Shown piece by piece: positions 10,634 to 20,908 of a DNA stretch of 64,000 nucleotides. Location: assembly GCA_047495785.1 (NCBI GenBank), contig JBLDXI010000024.1, forward strand, positions 2,232,001 through 2,296,000. Reading direction: 5' to 3'. This DNA is from Lepidodermella squamata (Eukaryota; Animalia; Gastrotricha). The position numbers and the translations under genes were made by a program. Within the stretch, counting starts at the first letter, position 1. Each line of letters opens with the position of its first letter. A model generated the notes under the pieces. It made no database searches, had not been told where the DNA came from, and was given only the letters and a program-made list of their open reading frames with translations.

Positions 10634-13495
10634 CTAAGGTAAGCGTGTTTCCTCAATATAATTCTGCAACTCTAAGTTTCCCTTTCTCTGAGCAAGTTGC
10701 AATGCAGTTTGATCCTTCGAGTTGCGAATATCGACAGCAGCCCCGTTTTTGACCAAGATTTTCGCCACATCAGTGAAGCCTCTGTTGACAGCAATGTGAA
10801 GCGCAGTGTTATCCGGGGTTCGACCTTTCTTCAATATTTGCGCATTGAGGTCAGCCCTTTTCAGTAGCTTAACTATGTGACGCCTGTTAAACTCAGCAGC
10901 GTAATGTAGAGCGGTACGTTTGGTTTGGCGGCTCGCATTGTTCAGTCCAACGCCATGTTCGACCAACAACTTGGCTATAGCATCGCTGCCTTCGATTGCT
11001 GAAAACATCAACGCGGTACGCCCGTCGCTGTTCACAGAGTTTCCATCAGCTTTATTCACGAGGAGGAGCTCCGCTACCTGAGTTGCATGCCGAGAGGCAG
11101 CGTACATCAACGCGGTTTCTCCTCCGTTTCTAGAAGCGTTGACATTAGCACCAGCTCGAACTAGCAGCGAGGCGCATCGGTATTGATTGTAATAGGCGCA
11201 TATCATCAATGCCGTCCACCAGTCTTTGTCGCGAAAATCGACACTTGCGTGCTTTTCGATTAAGAGCTCGACAATTTGATCGAAGCCTCGTTTGCATGCA
11301 ATTTCGAGTAAAGAGCGGCCTTTTTTGTTAATGCTATCAGGGCTCGCGCTCATTGCTAACAGAGATTTGACCTCGCCAACATCTCCTTTCTTTACCGCTA
11401 AGCTAATTTTCTCCCCGAGATCGAGAGTTAAAGCTATTGCCGGTAATTTAGAGTCAAAAGCATTTAAGACCCTTCGAAAAGCCGTAGAATAAGCCTTAAT
11501 AGTTCCAGTAAATTCTTGACCAATGCGATAGACAAGTTCCTCGAGGTTTTCCGCGCGAAGTATTTCCTCGATATCACGAAACGCTTCCTTGACCTGTCCA
11601 TACATGTTACGAGCGAAGAAATTGGCCAGTTCGTCGCTGAAATCCTTCGCGATGACACGACTGTCGAAATTAAAACGGTCTGAACTGATGCTGTAGCTTT
11701 CAATCACTTTATAGGTCAGCTGTTCGGTCAAGAAGTCGACAACAGCTGGGTAGTTTTTCTTCATGGTACGTTGATTGTGCAAAAATGCATAAGGTCGATC
11801 GACAAAACTGACCCAAGTTGGCTTTTTGCGCCGCAGTGTATCTTCGATTCGAGGCAGCCACGAGCCGAGCATTGAAAACCTCCGTCTGACTTTTTCCAAA
11901 TCTTCTGTGTATTTTTTATGCTCGGATACGACGCGATTTAAATGCGATGCGGCCGTGTCTCCGAGGTGTGCAACCAGTTCAGCCTTGACAGCTAAGGCAC
12001 TGTGATTGTAGAGCTTCAATAGTGATTCAATCAACGCGTCCACGCTGCCTCCCGCTTTAACATCAAGTTCCGCCAGCCCTGCTTCAGTTACTAAGGGATA
12101 AATATTAGTTTTTCGCCATGGGTCTAGTGTAGAGCGCAATTCCTTTTCCCGCAATACCGTAGTCAAAAATAGATAGGGGGATAGGAAAGTGAACCAATTC
12201 ATTAGATCCAAAAACTGCTCTCGAATAAGGCAACTTTGGATAAACAACGATCGTCGAGACGCGCGACCGTATCGGAATCTTTGGTATAGGAAAGGGGACC
12301 ATTTCCCTGGGATGACCCAAACTTTGTTTTAGATGAAAGGCTGATAACAACGAGCGTAACGGCGCGATATCATCCTTGGGAGGGGCGTTCAAGCCGTAAG
12401 CGAGCTCTGGCATTGGAACGGGAAATTTCACCAGCTCTACGATGGCTTTGGCACGCAACTTAGATTTCCTACCCCACCTCCTAGGTAACAAGCGAAGCCG
12501 GGACTCACCTGAGGAGGCGGCTACTGCTGGAGCCGGTCTAGACTCCCTAACCATCTCCATGTCATTCGCGCTAGCCGCCAATTCTAAGTGCCTGCAAATC
12601 TCCTGGAAATTCGGTCTGTTTTCAGGAGGCGATTCCAAGCACATCGATATCATTGATGTCAGCGCCTTGCAAAGTTCATTCTTCGGCAGCTCACCATCTT
12701 TTACCTGGAAAATTTTAGATTGGCTTAGTCAATGTTATTGGCGAAACCTCAACTTACCGGGTACTCGAAAAAGGCTAAGCGAAACGCAACCACTCCAAAA
12801 GCCCAGGCATCGGTCATTTCAGAGGGCCGGCGACTTCTTTGCAGTTCAGGCGCTTGAAATCTGGCGTCAACTTGATCCACACTCATCCTAAACAATTCAG
12901 ATTGCAAATTTCACGAAATTTCACAACTCGGTGGTGAAATTGACTCACAGATGAAATGGCCTGAGTAAACCGAGTTTCAATTGGGTACGAGTTTCGTCAC
13001 AGAAATAAATTGTATCTGTCGTTATATTCCCGCTGGTGCGTTTTCGCGAATGCAAGTATAATGCAGCTGATGCTAGTTGCGTTAGAAATGACAGGACTTC
13101 ATCCGCTGTCAGAGGCTCCTTCCCCTCTGCTGCTCAAGAGTCCCACGCGGACAGAATTCACTCAGTAAGTGATACTCTTCTGATATGGTGAATACGGAAT
13201 TGAGTTTGACGATATGTTGATGCTCGAGGGTGGTGAGTATTTTTGAAGCCTGAAACATTGCGAGTTACGAAATTGAATATTTCAAAACAAAAACCTTTAC
13301 GTCACTTAGCGCATCTTGAGCGGATTTTTTTACTTGGCTGCCGAGTTTTCGGCCGATTTTAGCGATAGATATCGTTTTGAGAACCACATAACTTTCCGAT
13401 TCGCCTTTTCGCTTAAGCAGGATTGTTGCGTTGACATCGCCCTGCTTTTTGAGTACTTGAGCTGTTTCCAAACTATCAAAAGGAGCTGGCAGCAT
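10634..13495 (-). pseudogene. NEK-like pseudokinase + shared domain + 8 ankyrin repeats (two apparent frame disruptions)
   Basis: Exons 13495-13301, 13249-12949, 12887-12758 and 12704 onward, with GT-AG introns of 51, 61 and 53 bp. Kinase motifs VVLKTI, EHQHIVKL, EFCPRGTL, APE, TDAWAFGVV and MCLESPPENRPNF are present. HRD is replaced by SGN and DFG is absent. A 1-bp shift lies near 13120, and a second frame change is needed within 12105-12328. TALxxA ankyrin repeats run to the stop at 10634. Confidence 0.75.
11526..11869 (-). repeat. Shared 115-aa domain, copy in the pseudokinase-ankyrin gene
   Basis: Same segment as 9171-9514 with no indels; long near-identical nucleotide runs in its C-terminal two thirds. 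Confidence 0.95.
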
Positions 13496-13819
13496 TTTTA
13501 AATTACAATAAACGCCTTTCTATGCTACGTTTATCGCCAACGAAAATGATAACTTGACCGCTGCATGGGTATCAGCTGAGGATCGGCATTTCCATGGTAA
13601 TTCAAGCCTACGCACCGCTCGTTTTTGCGGCAAGTTATGCAGATAGTAATGTCTAAAACAAGACTTATCTTATAGTGATTATTTAATCATCACTGCCGTA
13701 GATTATAGGGTCAAGTAAAGTGAAAATGGGCTCATTTCAGAGATGAAATTTGTGCAACGTACCTTATCACAGCGAGATTAGCCGCCTGGGTCATTTCTTT
13801 TTTTTTTTGAAGCTATCAC

Positions 13820-15058
13820 TCTATCTTATCATTCATGTTTAATCTGAAGTTTCTTGTTTTCACGCGCGAGTAATCAGACTGGAAATTCTTGAGTTATCAA
13901 CGAACTCTAGCGCCATATTTATCAGCGTTGCTTGGAATAGCCCAGGATGTCGTTATGCACTGTGCACATGGTACTGTCATGGAAGAAAATTAAATAGACA
14001 AATTATTGGTGAGAGAATGAAAATTCAGTAATTCGGTGGATCCCCGGGGACAACTGAGCGCACAGCTAAGGAGGCCCGACAAAACAAGGCTCGCGCTAGC
14101 CCACCCGCTGACAACTAGAGCCTCTCTACGGGCCATCAGAGTGGTGCTTTAACAGTGAGGGTGTAACAGGAGGTTTTTGTAAGATCTCGACAGTTTCTAA
14201 GCCACATTCATATATATTCTTATAGCTCGGGCAATCGCTTTTGCAGTTCTTGCAGCTAATCGGTCTTTCAGCATTGGAACACCTGATTCGAGATGAATCT
14301 GCTTCGTGCCGTACCATCGCGGTTTACCGAGGCAAATCTTCAGGGCAGTGTTTTGAATGGTTTGAAGGGTTGTCATGTTGTCGTCGTTCATTGAGAGAAA
14401 GGCTTCGCAGCCGAACTCCACGGCAGAGCGGACGTAGGATTTGAACACAGTAAAGCTGGTTTCGGAGGCATTCGAACTGATGGACCACACAGGCGACGCA
14501 AGCTTGAAATTTGTGAGGTGACTTTGTCCTGTATCTTTAAGACATGAGAGTTAAAATTGAGTATTTTATCAAAGTAAAGCCAAGATATGTAACTTCCGTA
14601 AGCCAGGGAAGGGTATTGCCATCAAAGACGAGTTTCGTTCTGCTATCCTCTTTCGCTAGAGAGAAGCGGATCACCTGCGTTTTATCCGAATTCAGTCTAA
14701 GCATATGTCGGTTATACCATTTGAGCACAAGGTCAAGTGTAGATTCAATTCTCTCTTTTACCTTTCGTTTAGCAAATGAGGAGCGTTCGGACATTAGTAA
14801 AAGTAAAATATCGTCAGCCAGCCCTCCGCGTTCAACAAGTGGCTGGTTAATATAGAACTTCAGCTTGTTTCTTGCATGAGTATGACTCATCGTGGAATAG
14901 CAGACACCTAATTATAAGGTGGTCACCTGAGCTGAAGTCAGGAATTCGTCTTAATCATGTTGTGAATTTCCAGAATTTCAGATAGGAGGAAAACAAATGT
15001 GATCCATTTATGGATTTGAAATTCAGTGATGTCGTATCCGAAGGGTTTTGAGAATGTG
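13820..15058 (-). mobile_element. Decayed 5'-truncated non-LTR retrotransposon (RT C-terminal fragment)
   Basis: Broken frames ADDILLL...LRLNSDKTQVIRF...VTYLGFTL and FKSYVRSAVEFG...IQNTALKICLG at about 14200-14820. A 13-bp direct repeat TTGAAGCTATCAC at 13807-13819 and 15059-15071 is a candidate TSD and defines the limits. Confidence 0.7.
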
Positions 15059-16383
15059 TTGAAGCTATCACCATTTCAAAAGCAAAAATTGTTAATCTTT
15101 ATCACAATTTATTATCGGAAAAAATACCGCTTAATACATTTGAGGCTTCTGTATTCCAAGAAGCCAATCAGTCGCTAATGAATCAAACAGAATGTTCTTG
15201 AGGAAGCGAACAAAGGAGCTCCTCTCGATATGAAGAACTCGTTATTTACATTAAATTAAGCATTTTCCCATATTTTTATAACTCGATCCCGTCGGCTGAG
15301 CACACTCGCCGCGGGTGCGTCATGCCGCGCCACGCGCTTTTGTTCGGAGTCGCCCACGCCTTACAACTTTGGAGGGCGAACAATAGAAACTTCGGACGGC
15401 GAAATTCGCCGCACTTCGGAACTGATAAGGCGCCCGAAGTATTTTAAGGAGAAGTTCTTAAAATAACGTACACAGGAGAGCCTTAACCCCTGAACCAGCA
15501 CCTTGAATACTTTTTCTACATACCAGCATCGGGAGGGTCTTCGTGAAAAAGGTACCAACATCCGTGCAGCATTGACCGAACCACTTAGGACGAACCATGG
15601 CAAAGGCTGCAATAACGTCATCGATGGCTCCACTTCCACAAATGAACTGCGAGATAGATTCTGCGGCGGCGCCAGCTAAAATGCCAAAGCCACCAGCGAA
15701 GATTGGAGCAATGACGAAGCTTAACAGCAGCTGTTTCCACAAGGGGGTGTCATCGTATCCATTAGGACGAATCTTTTCTGCGATGAACTTTCCTATGTTA
15801 TATAAATTCAAATAATCTATATAATTTGTGCTGTTAGTTTTAAAATAACAAACCAAGGTTCAGTAGGACCGTATCGATAGCAGTGCAAATTCCTACAGCG
15901 AATCCACAAGCCCACGTCGCGACAACACCACAACTTTCGAAAGTAGTTGCGAGGAACGGACCCAACCAGGCAGACACTGCTCCGGCTATTCCACCGAATA
16001 TGATAGACATAACAACTCTAACAGCCATGACCTTATCCTGTTCGCTTGCATCTAGCCTCGAAAACTTTTCACTCATGCCAGTTCCAGCCACTGACATGAA
16101 CGCAGCAATGCAAGCCCCTCCAATACCTGCAAGTGCGAGTGGTACTACTGCACCAGAGACAGTAGCCGAAGCTGCAAAGAAAGCACAATTTTCGTTTTGA
16201 AAAGCACGTGGATTTTTCTCTCTTTTTTTCTTAACTTGACTTTTCTTTCAGCCCTTTAGCTTACAATTTACTATACTGGCACTAAGCCAATAAATTAATC
16301 ATCTATATTTCCTAATTACCCAACCTCTTCTAAATAATTCCAAGCCGGGCTTAACCCAGCTTGTTCCCTATTACAATCCCTCT

Positions 16384-18006
16384 ATGATGGCTCAGCCGTC
16401 AACTTTTTCGGACGACGACGGCGAGGTCTTCCACGACCTCACCGAATCAATAAGCCAAGCTACTGAAATCGACCTGGACGCGTCTGTCGAAGAGCCAAGG
16501 GTATCAACTGATGACGGGCTAGCCGACGACAGCGATTTTCAGGTGGTCGCAAATAAAAAGGGTAAGAAATTCCGTCTCGGAAATGAAGGCGAAGCCGAAA
16601 TGGGCAACACCTCGTTCGGGTCCGATAGTACCCCCGGCCGCAACCGAAAAGTGGCCACTCGCCGGGAGGTCCCACATGGACAGGGGCCCAATACCGCTGT
16701 GAAGCAAGCCCAAAACCTGCTACGTGATCAAGCAATAGAGCTGCGAACTGTTGTAATTGACAATGTCCCGCCAAACTTTATCGATCAGAAGGCGGTTCAG
16801 GACGAACTTCAGCGTCTCCCCGAGGGCAATTACGTGTGTTACAAAATCAAGGTATTAGCCAGAGGTGGCATTCGGGTAACATTCATTGAGGCCGAGATGG
16901 CGAAGGCCGCGCTGGAGAAGCGGGACTGGCCGCCGACGCTCTTCGGTGGCAAAGCGAGGGTCCACAGATCCAAGCGATACTACGAGATCTTCCCGAATGA
17001 AACTCCCCCAGCCGCGGCGAACGACACGTCCAGTCTCCACCAAAAGGCAATCGTCGAGGGCAGGGCTGTGATCTGTACTAATTTCCCGAACGAAGTGAGC
17101 GCTGAAGAAGTCAAGGCCAACTGGTCAGATTACGTTGAGGACGTTGTGGTCACCTCGAAAAACGATCATCAAACTGTTATCTGCTTTTTCAAATCTAAGG
17201 CTATAGCTTGGAATGTTCTAAACAATGGGTTACGTTGGCAGAAAATATGGCAAATCTTCGGCAAAGAAATGAAAGCCAAGGTCAACCCGCCCAGGTGCAA
17301 CTACTGCCAATCCTTCGAGCATCTCACAACAGCCTGCAAGGCGAAGGCTGCTAAATGCGGCTGGTGCGCTGGCGCCCACATCACTCATGAGTGCAAGAAA
17401 GCTGGCAACGAAGCCTTCCGGAAGTGTGCGAACTGCGATGGTCTGCACTCGTCTGGCTGGTTTGGCTGCAAGGCAGTACGAGATGCTTGGAGTAAACTCG
17501 AAGCCAAGAATAGGTCCGCAATCCACAACATTTTAGGGTCCGACACAGCACAGCAGCAAGCCGACGGTGCAAGGCCGACGCCCGTCGCTGCCCCGCCGCC
17601 TGTCAAGAACGTATGGCTAGAGCTTCAGCAAGTGAAGACGAACAAGCTGGCATCAGCTGCCAGCACGCAAGCTCCCTCAGGACAGGAGTCTCTGGTTCAG
17701 ATTGATGACGCTAAAATCGAACAGATCACCAACGCAGTGCTAAAGAAGTTGAAAACTCAGGTTGACTCCGTGATCGCCGAAGTGCTTACCAGGCAGGCTC
17801 AGCGTATTGAAGCGCTAGAAACCAAAATGACGGAACTCATAGCTCTGCTTAAGGGCAACAAATCATTTGTCCATGTGAGCATCAACGACGGCGACCTAGT
17901 CACCGAAACGGCCCGGGATGTCCCCATGCAGCATGCCAAGGACGACTCCAAGAGCAGCTCGAAGCCAAACGCCAAAGGTAGATCGTCAAATTTAAACAAT
18001 GTTTAG
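16384..18006 (+). CDS. LINE ORF1 (gag-like nucleic-acid-binding protein)
   Basis: Three CCHC knuckles (CNYCQSFEHLTTAC, CGWCAGAHITHEC, CANCDGLHSSGWFGC), RRM-like segments before them and a C-terminal coiled coil. Confidence 0.92.
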   Translation: MMAQPSTFSDDDGEVFHDLTESISQATEIDLDASVEEPRVSTDDGLADDSDFQVVANKKGKKFRLGNEGEAEMGNTSFGSDSTPGRNRKVATRREVPHGQGPNTAVKQAQNLLRDQAIELRTVVIDNVPPNFIDQKAVQDELQRLPEGNYVCYKIKVLARGGIRVTFIEAEMAKAALEKRDWPPTLFGGKARVHRSKRYYEIFPNETPPAAANDTSSLHQKAIVEGRAVICTNFPNEVSAEEVKANWSDYVEDVVVTSKNDHQTVICFFKSKAIAWNVLNNGLRWQKIWQIFGKEMKAKVNPPRCNYCQSFEHLTTACKAKAAKCGWCAGAHITHECKKAGNEAFRKCANCDGLHSSGWFGCKAVRDAWSKLEAKNRSAIHNILGSDTAQQQADGARPTPVAAPPPVKNVWLELQQVKTNKLASAASTQAPSGQESLVQIDDAKIEQITNAVLKKLKTQVDSVIAEVLTRQAQRIEALETKMTELIALLKGNKSFVHVSINDGDLVTETARDVPMQHAKDDSKSSSKPNAKGRSSNLNNV

Positions 18007-20908
18007 GATAGGACAGTGGAACAAAGGCCACGGTTCCAAAATCATAGATAGACTAGTTGAACTATTATTTCTTATCCAATCGCTCTTTCTAGACATTGTC
18101 CTAATCAATGAAACGTGGCTCTCATCTAATGATAATTTCGAAATCCCAGGCTTTGTCATTTTTCGTGTAGATAGGGAACAAAAAGCTGGCAACAACGTAG
18201 CCTACGGGGGAGTGGCGATTGCGGTCAAAAACTCGATCAGGGTAAGTGAGTTCTATTCACACAATACCACACATAGCGAATGGCTCGCTCTCAAACTGGT
18301 AAACAAACACGGGAAAACGCTAACGGTTGCAACGGGGTATAGCTCCCCCGGCTATCCACTTGACGTTTCGTTTCTTTCCTTAGCACTAGGTGGCGTAGTC
18401 GACTCCGACGAGCCATGCGTGCTAGCTGGCGACCTCAACTGTTGGCACCCACGGCTTTCCAGGCCGGACGATTCGATCAATGCCTCGGGGGCGGTCATGG
18501 TCGACTGGCTGGACCGCGAGGGTCACACTCTTATTAGCTCCGGCCAGCCGACGCATTTCTCACCTCAGGGACGAGGTCGGCAGTTGGACATTTGGCTCGC
18601 CAATCAGGCAGCCTTGTCGATGTTGACCCAACCGCCCATGGTGGCGGACAAGTTTGGTAGCGACCACTGTGCGACAGTGTTGAATGTCGATTTCAGCACC
18701 ACCTCGGAGCCCCCTCGGCCAAACGGTAATGAACCGAGATTGAATTTCTATAAAGCCAATTGGAAAAAATTCTCCGAAAAATTAAAAGTTTTATTATCAA
18801 TTCTCGCTCTTCCTTTAAAGCCCATGCCCGGCGATCCGGTAAGTAAGATAGATTTATACCTAAACGCGATAATTGAAGCCATCAGCATGGCGGCCAAAGA
18901 AACGATACCAACTTGCACGGAAAAATCTCTACCTACTTGGCGCTTAACGCCAGAAATAGCTACCAAGCTGGAACAGCGTAATAAAATGCAAAGGCTATAT
19001 GATCGCACTCGCGACCCACAAGTCAAGACCGAATGCAATAGGTTAAACGAACAGATTAAACACTTAATTATAGCTCAAAAAATCAAGCAATGTGAACTCT
19101 TCCTCATAAGACTGGTAAAACTTTTTGAGGAAAATAAGCCCAGACCAGCGTGGCAAGCTGTGAACTCCAAACTCTCATCGCGGCGTCGCCATCGCAAGAT
19201 CGCTGTGCTGAGAAACGCTCTAGGACTAAATGTCATCGACGACGGCGAAAAGTGCGAGTTACTTGCCGAAACTTTCTCCGAAGTTCTGAAAGGCCCACCA
19301 GCTACGTCGACCAAGCCAGAAGATGTCAAATTCTGGAATGAAACAGATGCTGCAATGGCCAGTGATGAAACGATGAAACCTTTTCCGACAGTGCCCCGAA
19401 ATCAGTCTATAAAAGTCCCAAAATGGGCGGTAAAGCAAATGCTCAGGCAGCTGAAATGGAAGGCCCCTGGTCATGACAATGTCTCAAATATCTTGCTCAA
19501 GAAAGGCGGCTCAGCTCTGGTAGGCCATCTAAGGTATCTCTACAAAGTGAGTTTGAACTCCGGGTATGTACCCCGTGCTTGGAAAATCGCGATTATAGTG
19601 CCCATACTCAAAGAGGGGAAGGATTCACGTTTGCCAGACTCTTACCGACCGGTGTCCCTTCTGCCATCACTCGGCAAAGGGCTCGAAGTAATCGTAGCGA
19701 AATTTCTCTATCGTTTTCTCGAAATAAACAAATTGCTTCCATCCCACCAGTATGGTTTCAGGTCTCTTAGGTCAACCATCGACCCTGTGTTCCGGTTCAT
19801 CAGCGACATCGGTCTAGCCATATCAAAACGACAAAAGCTGGTCGCTATTCTCTTGGATTTCAAGGCTGCATTTGATGTTATATGGCATAACGGCTTGCGG
19901 CTAAAACTAAAACAATCAGGTTTGCCGATTCCATTGGTAAGATGGATTTCGGACTTCTTAAGAGAACGCTCGTTTCAAGTAAGGGTTGGCAGCAGTCTAA
20001 GTGCAAGCAGAGATATTTTTTGCGGCGTACCGCAGGGGTCGCCTTTATCACCTCTACTTTTTATCTTTTATGCCATGGACATTCAGCCAAAAGGTTCCTC
20101 GCCGCAAGACGCCACCAGATCTGTCGCAAAAGGCACATTTGCTGACGACTCCCTAATCTGGACCTTCGGCTACTCGATTGCAGCCAGCGTCGCGAGGCTA
20201 AGAAAGCGCCTACGCTCAATCGAAGTGTGGTGCAACAAATGGCGGCTTCGCTTAAGCCCGGGGAAGTGTGAAGTGATCGTCTTCGGTAGATATGGCAACT
20301 CGCCTCCTGAAGTACGCTTTGAGCTATATGGCCAGCCCCTGCCTCAGGTCAACCGCGCACGCTACCTCGGGATTTACCTCACACCCCAGCTAAGTTGGAA
20401 TTACCATCTTGAAATAATTGCCTCAAAACTGAAGCCTCGCCTTGGCGCCCTCTACGCCTTGGCCAAGCGGCATGTTTTGCCTAAAAACCTTTGTGTGCTC
20501 TTTTATAAAACAGTCCTGGAGTCCTTGGTTGCCTATGGAGCCCCTGCCCTTCGTTGCCTTGCGCCCTCCTCGGTTGGAAAACTGTTGGAAATCCAAGCCC
20601 ACTGCCTTCGAGCCTTGTTTGATCTGCCCTTCGAAACGGAAGTAATAGACGTCATCGCTTACGCCGGAGTCGACTCCATTGAGGATGTCTTCCTTGGTGC
20701 CTTCAAACGCTATGGCGAACGCTGCTTAGCAGCAGGTCTAGATACGGCGGACTACATCAACTACGTCTGCGGTATCCGCCCAACGTCAGAAGACGCTCGC
20801 AAAGTACTTGCCGATAAGTGCCCAGCTTGGCATTTACGTGAAGTTTCAAAACCTAGCCAGCTGAGCCTCTCACACGACCCACGGGACTGGCTACAAGTCG
20901 TTTTATAA
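17999..20908 (+). CDS. LINE ORF2: APE endonuclease + reverse transcriptase
   Basis: NETWL, GGVAI, AGDLN and SDH (APE); YRPVSLL, LDFKAAFD, GVPQGSPLSP, FADD and YLGI (RT). No RNase H seen. Overlaps ORF1 by 8 nt. Confidence 0.95.
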   Translation: MFRIGQWNKGHGSKIIDRLVELLFLIQSLFLDIVLINETWLSSNDNFEIPGFVIFRVDREQKAGNNVAYGGVAIAVKNSIRVSEFYSHNTTHSEWLALKLVNKHGKTLTVATGYSSPGYPLDVSFLSLALGGVVDSDEPCVLAGDLNCWHPRLSRPDDSINASGAVMVDWLDREGHTLISSGQPTHFSPQGRGRQLDIWLANQAALSMLTQPPMVADKFGSDHCATVLNVDFSTTSEPPRPNGNEPRLNFYKANWKKFSEKLKVLLSILALPLKPMPGDPVSKIDLYLNAIIEAISMAAKETIPTCTEKSLPTWRLTPEIATKLEQRNKMQRLYDRTRDPQVKTECNRLNEQIKHLIIAQKIKQCELFLIRLVKLFEENKPRPAWQAVNSKLSSRRRHRKIAVLRNALGLNVIDDGEKCELLAETFSEVLKGPPATSTKPEDVKFWNETDAAMASDETMKPFPTVPRNQSIKVPKWAVKQMLRQLKWKAPGHDNVSNILLKKGGSALVGHLRYLYKVSLNSGYVPRAWKIAIIVPILKEGKDSRLPDSYRPVSLLPSLGKGLEVIVAKFLYRFLEINKLLPSHQYGFRSLRSTIDPVFRFISDIGLAISKRQKLVAILLDFKAAFDVIWHNGLRLKLKQSGLPIPLVRWISDFLRERSFQVRVGSSLSASRDIFCGVPQGSPLSPLLFIFYAMDIQPKGSSPQDATRSVAKGTFADDSLIWTFGYSIAASVARLRKRLRSIEVWCNKWRLRLSPGKCEVIVFGRYGNSPPEVRFELYGQPLPQVNRARYLGIYLTPQLSWNYHLEIIASKLKPRLGALYALAKRHVLPKNLCVLFYKTVLESLVAYGAPALRCLAPSSVGKLLEIQAHCLRALFDLPFETEVIDVIAYAGVDSIEDVFLGAFKRYGERCLAAGLDTADYINYVCGIRPTSEDARKVLADKCPAWHLREVSKPSQLSLSHDPRDWLQVVL

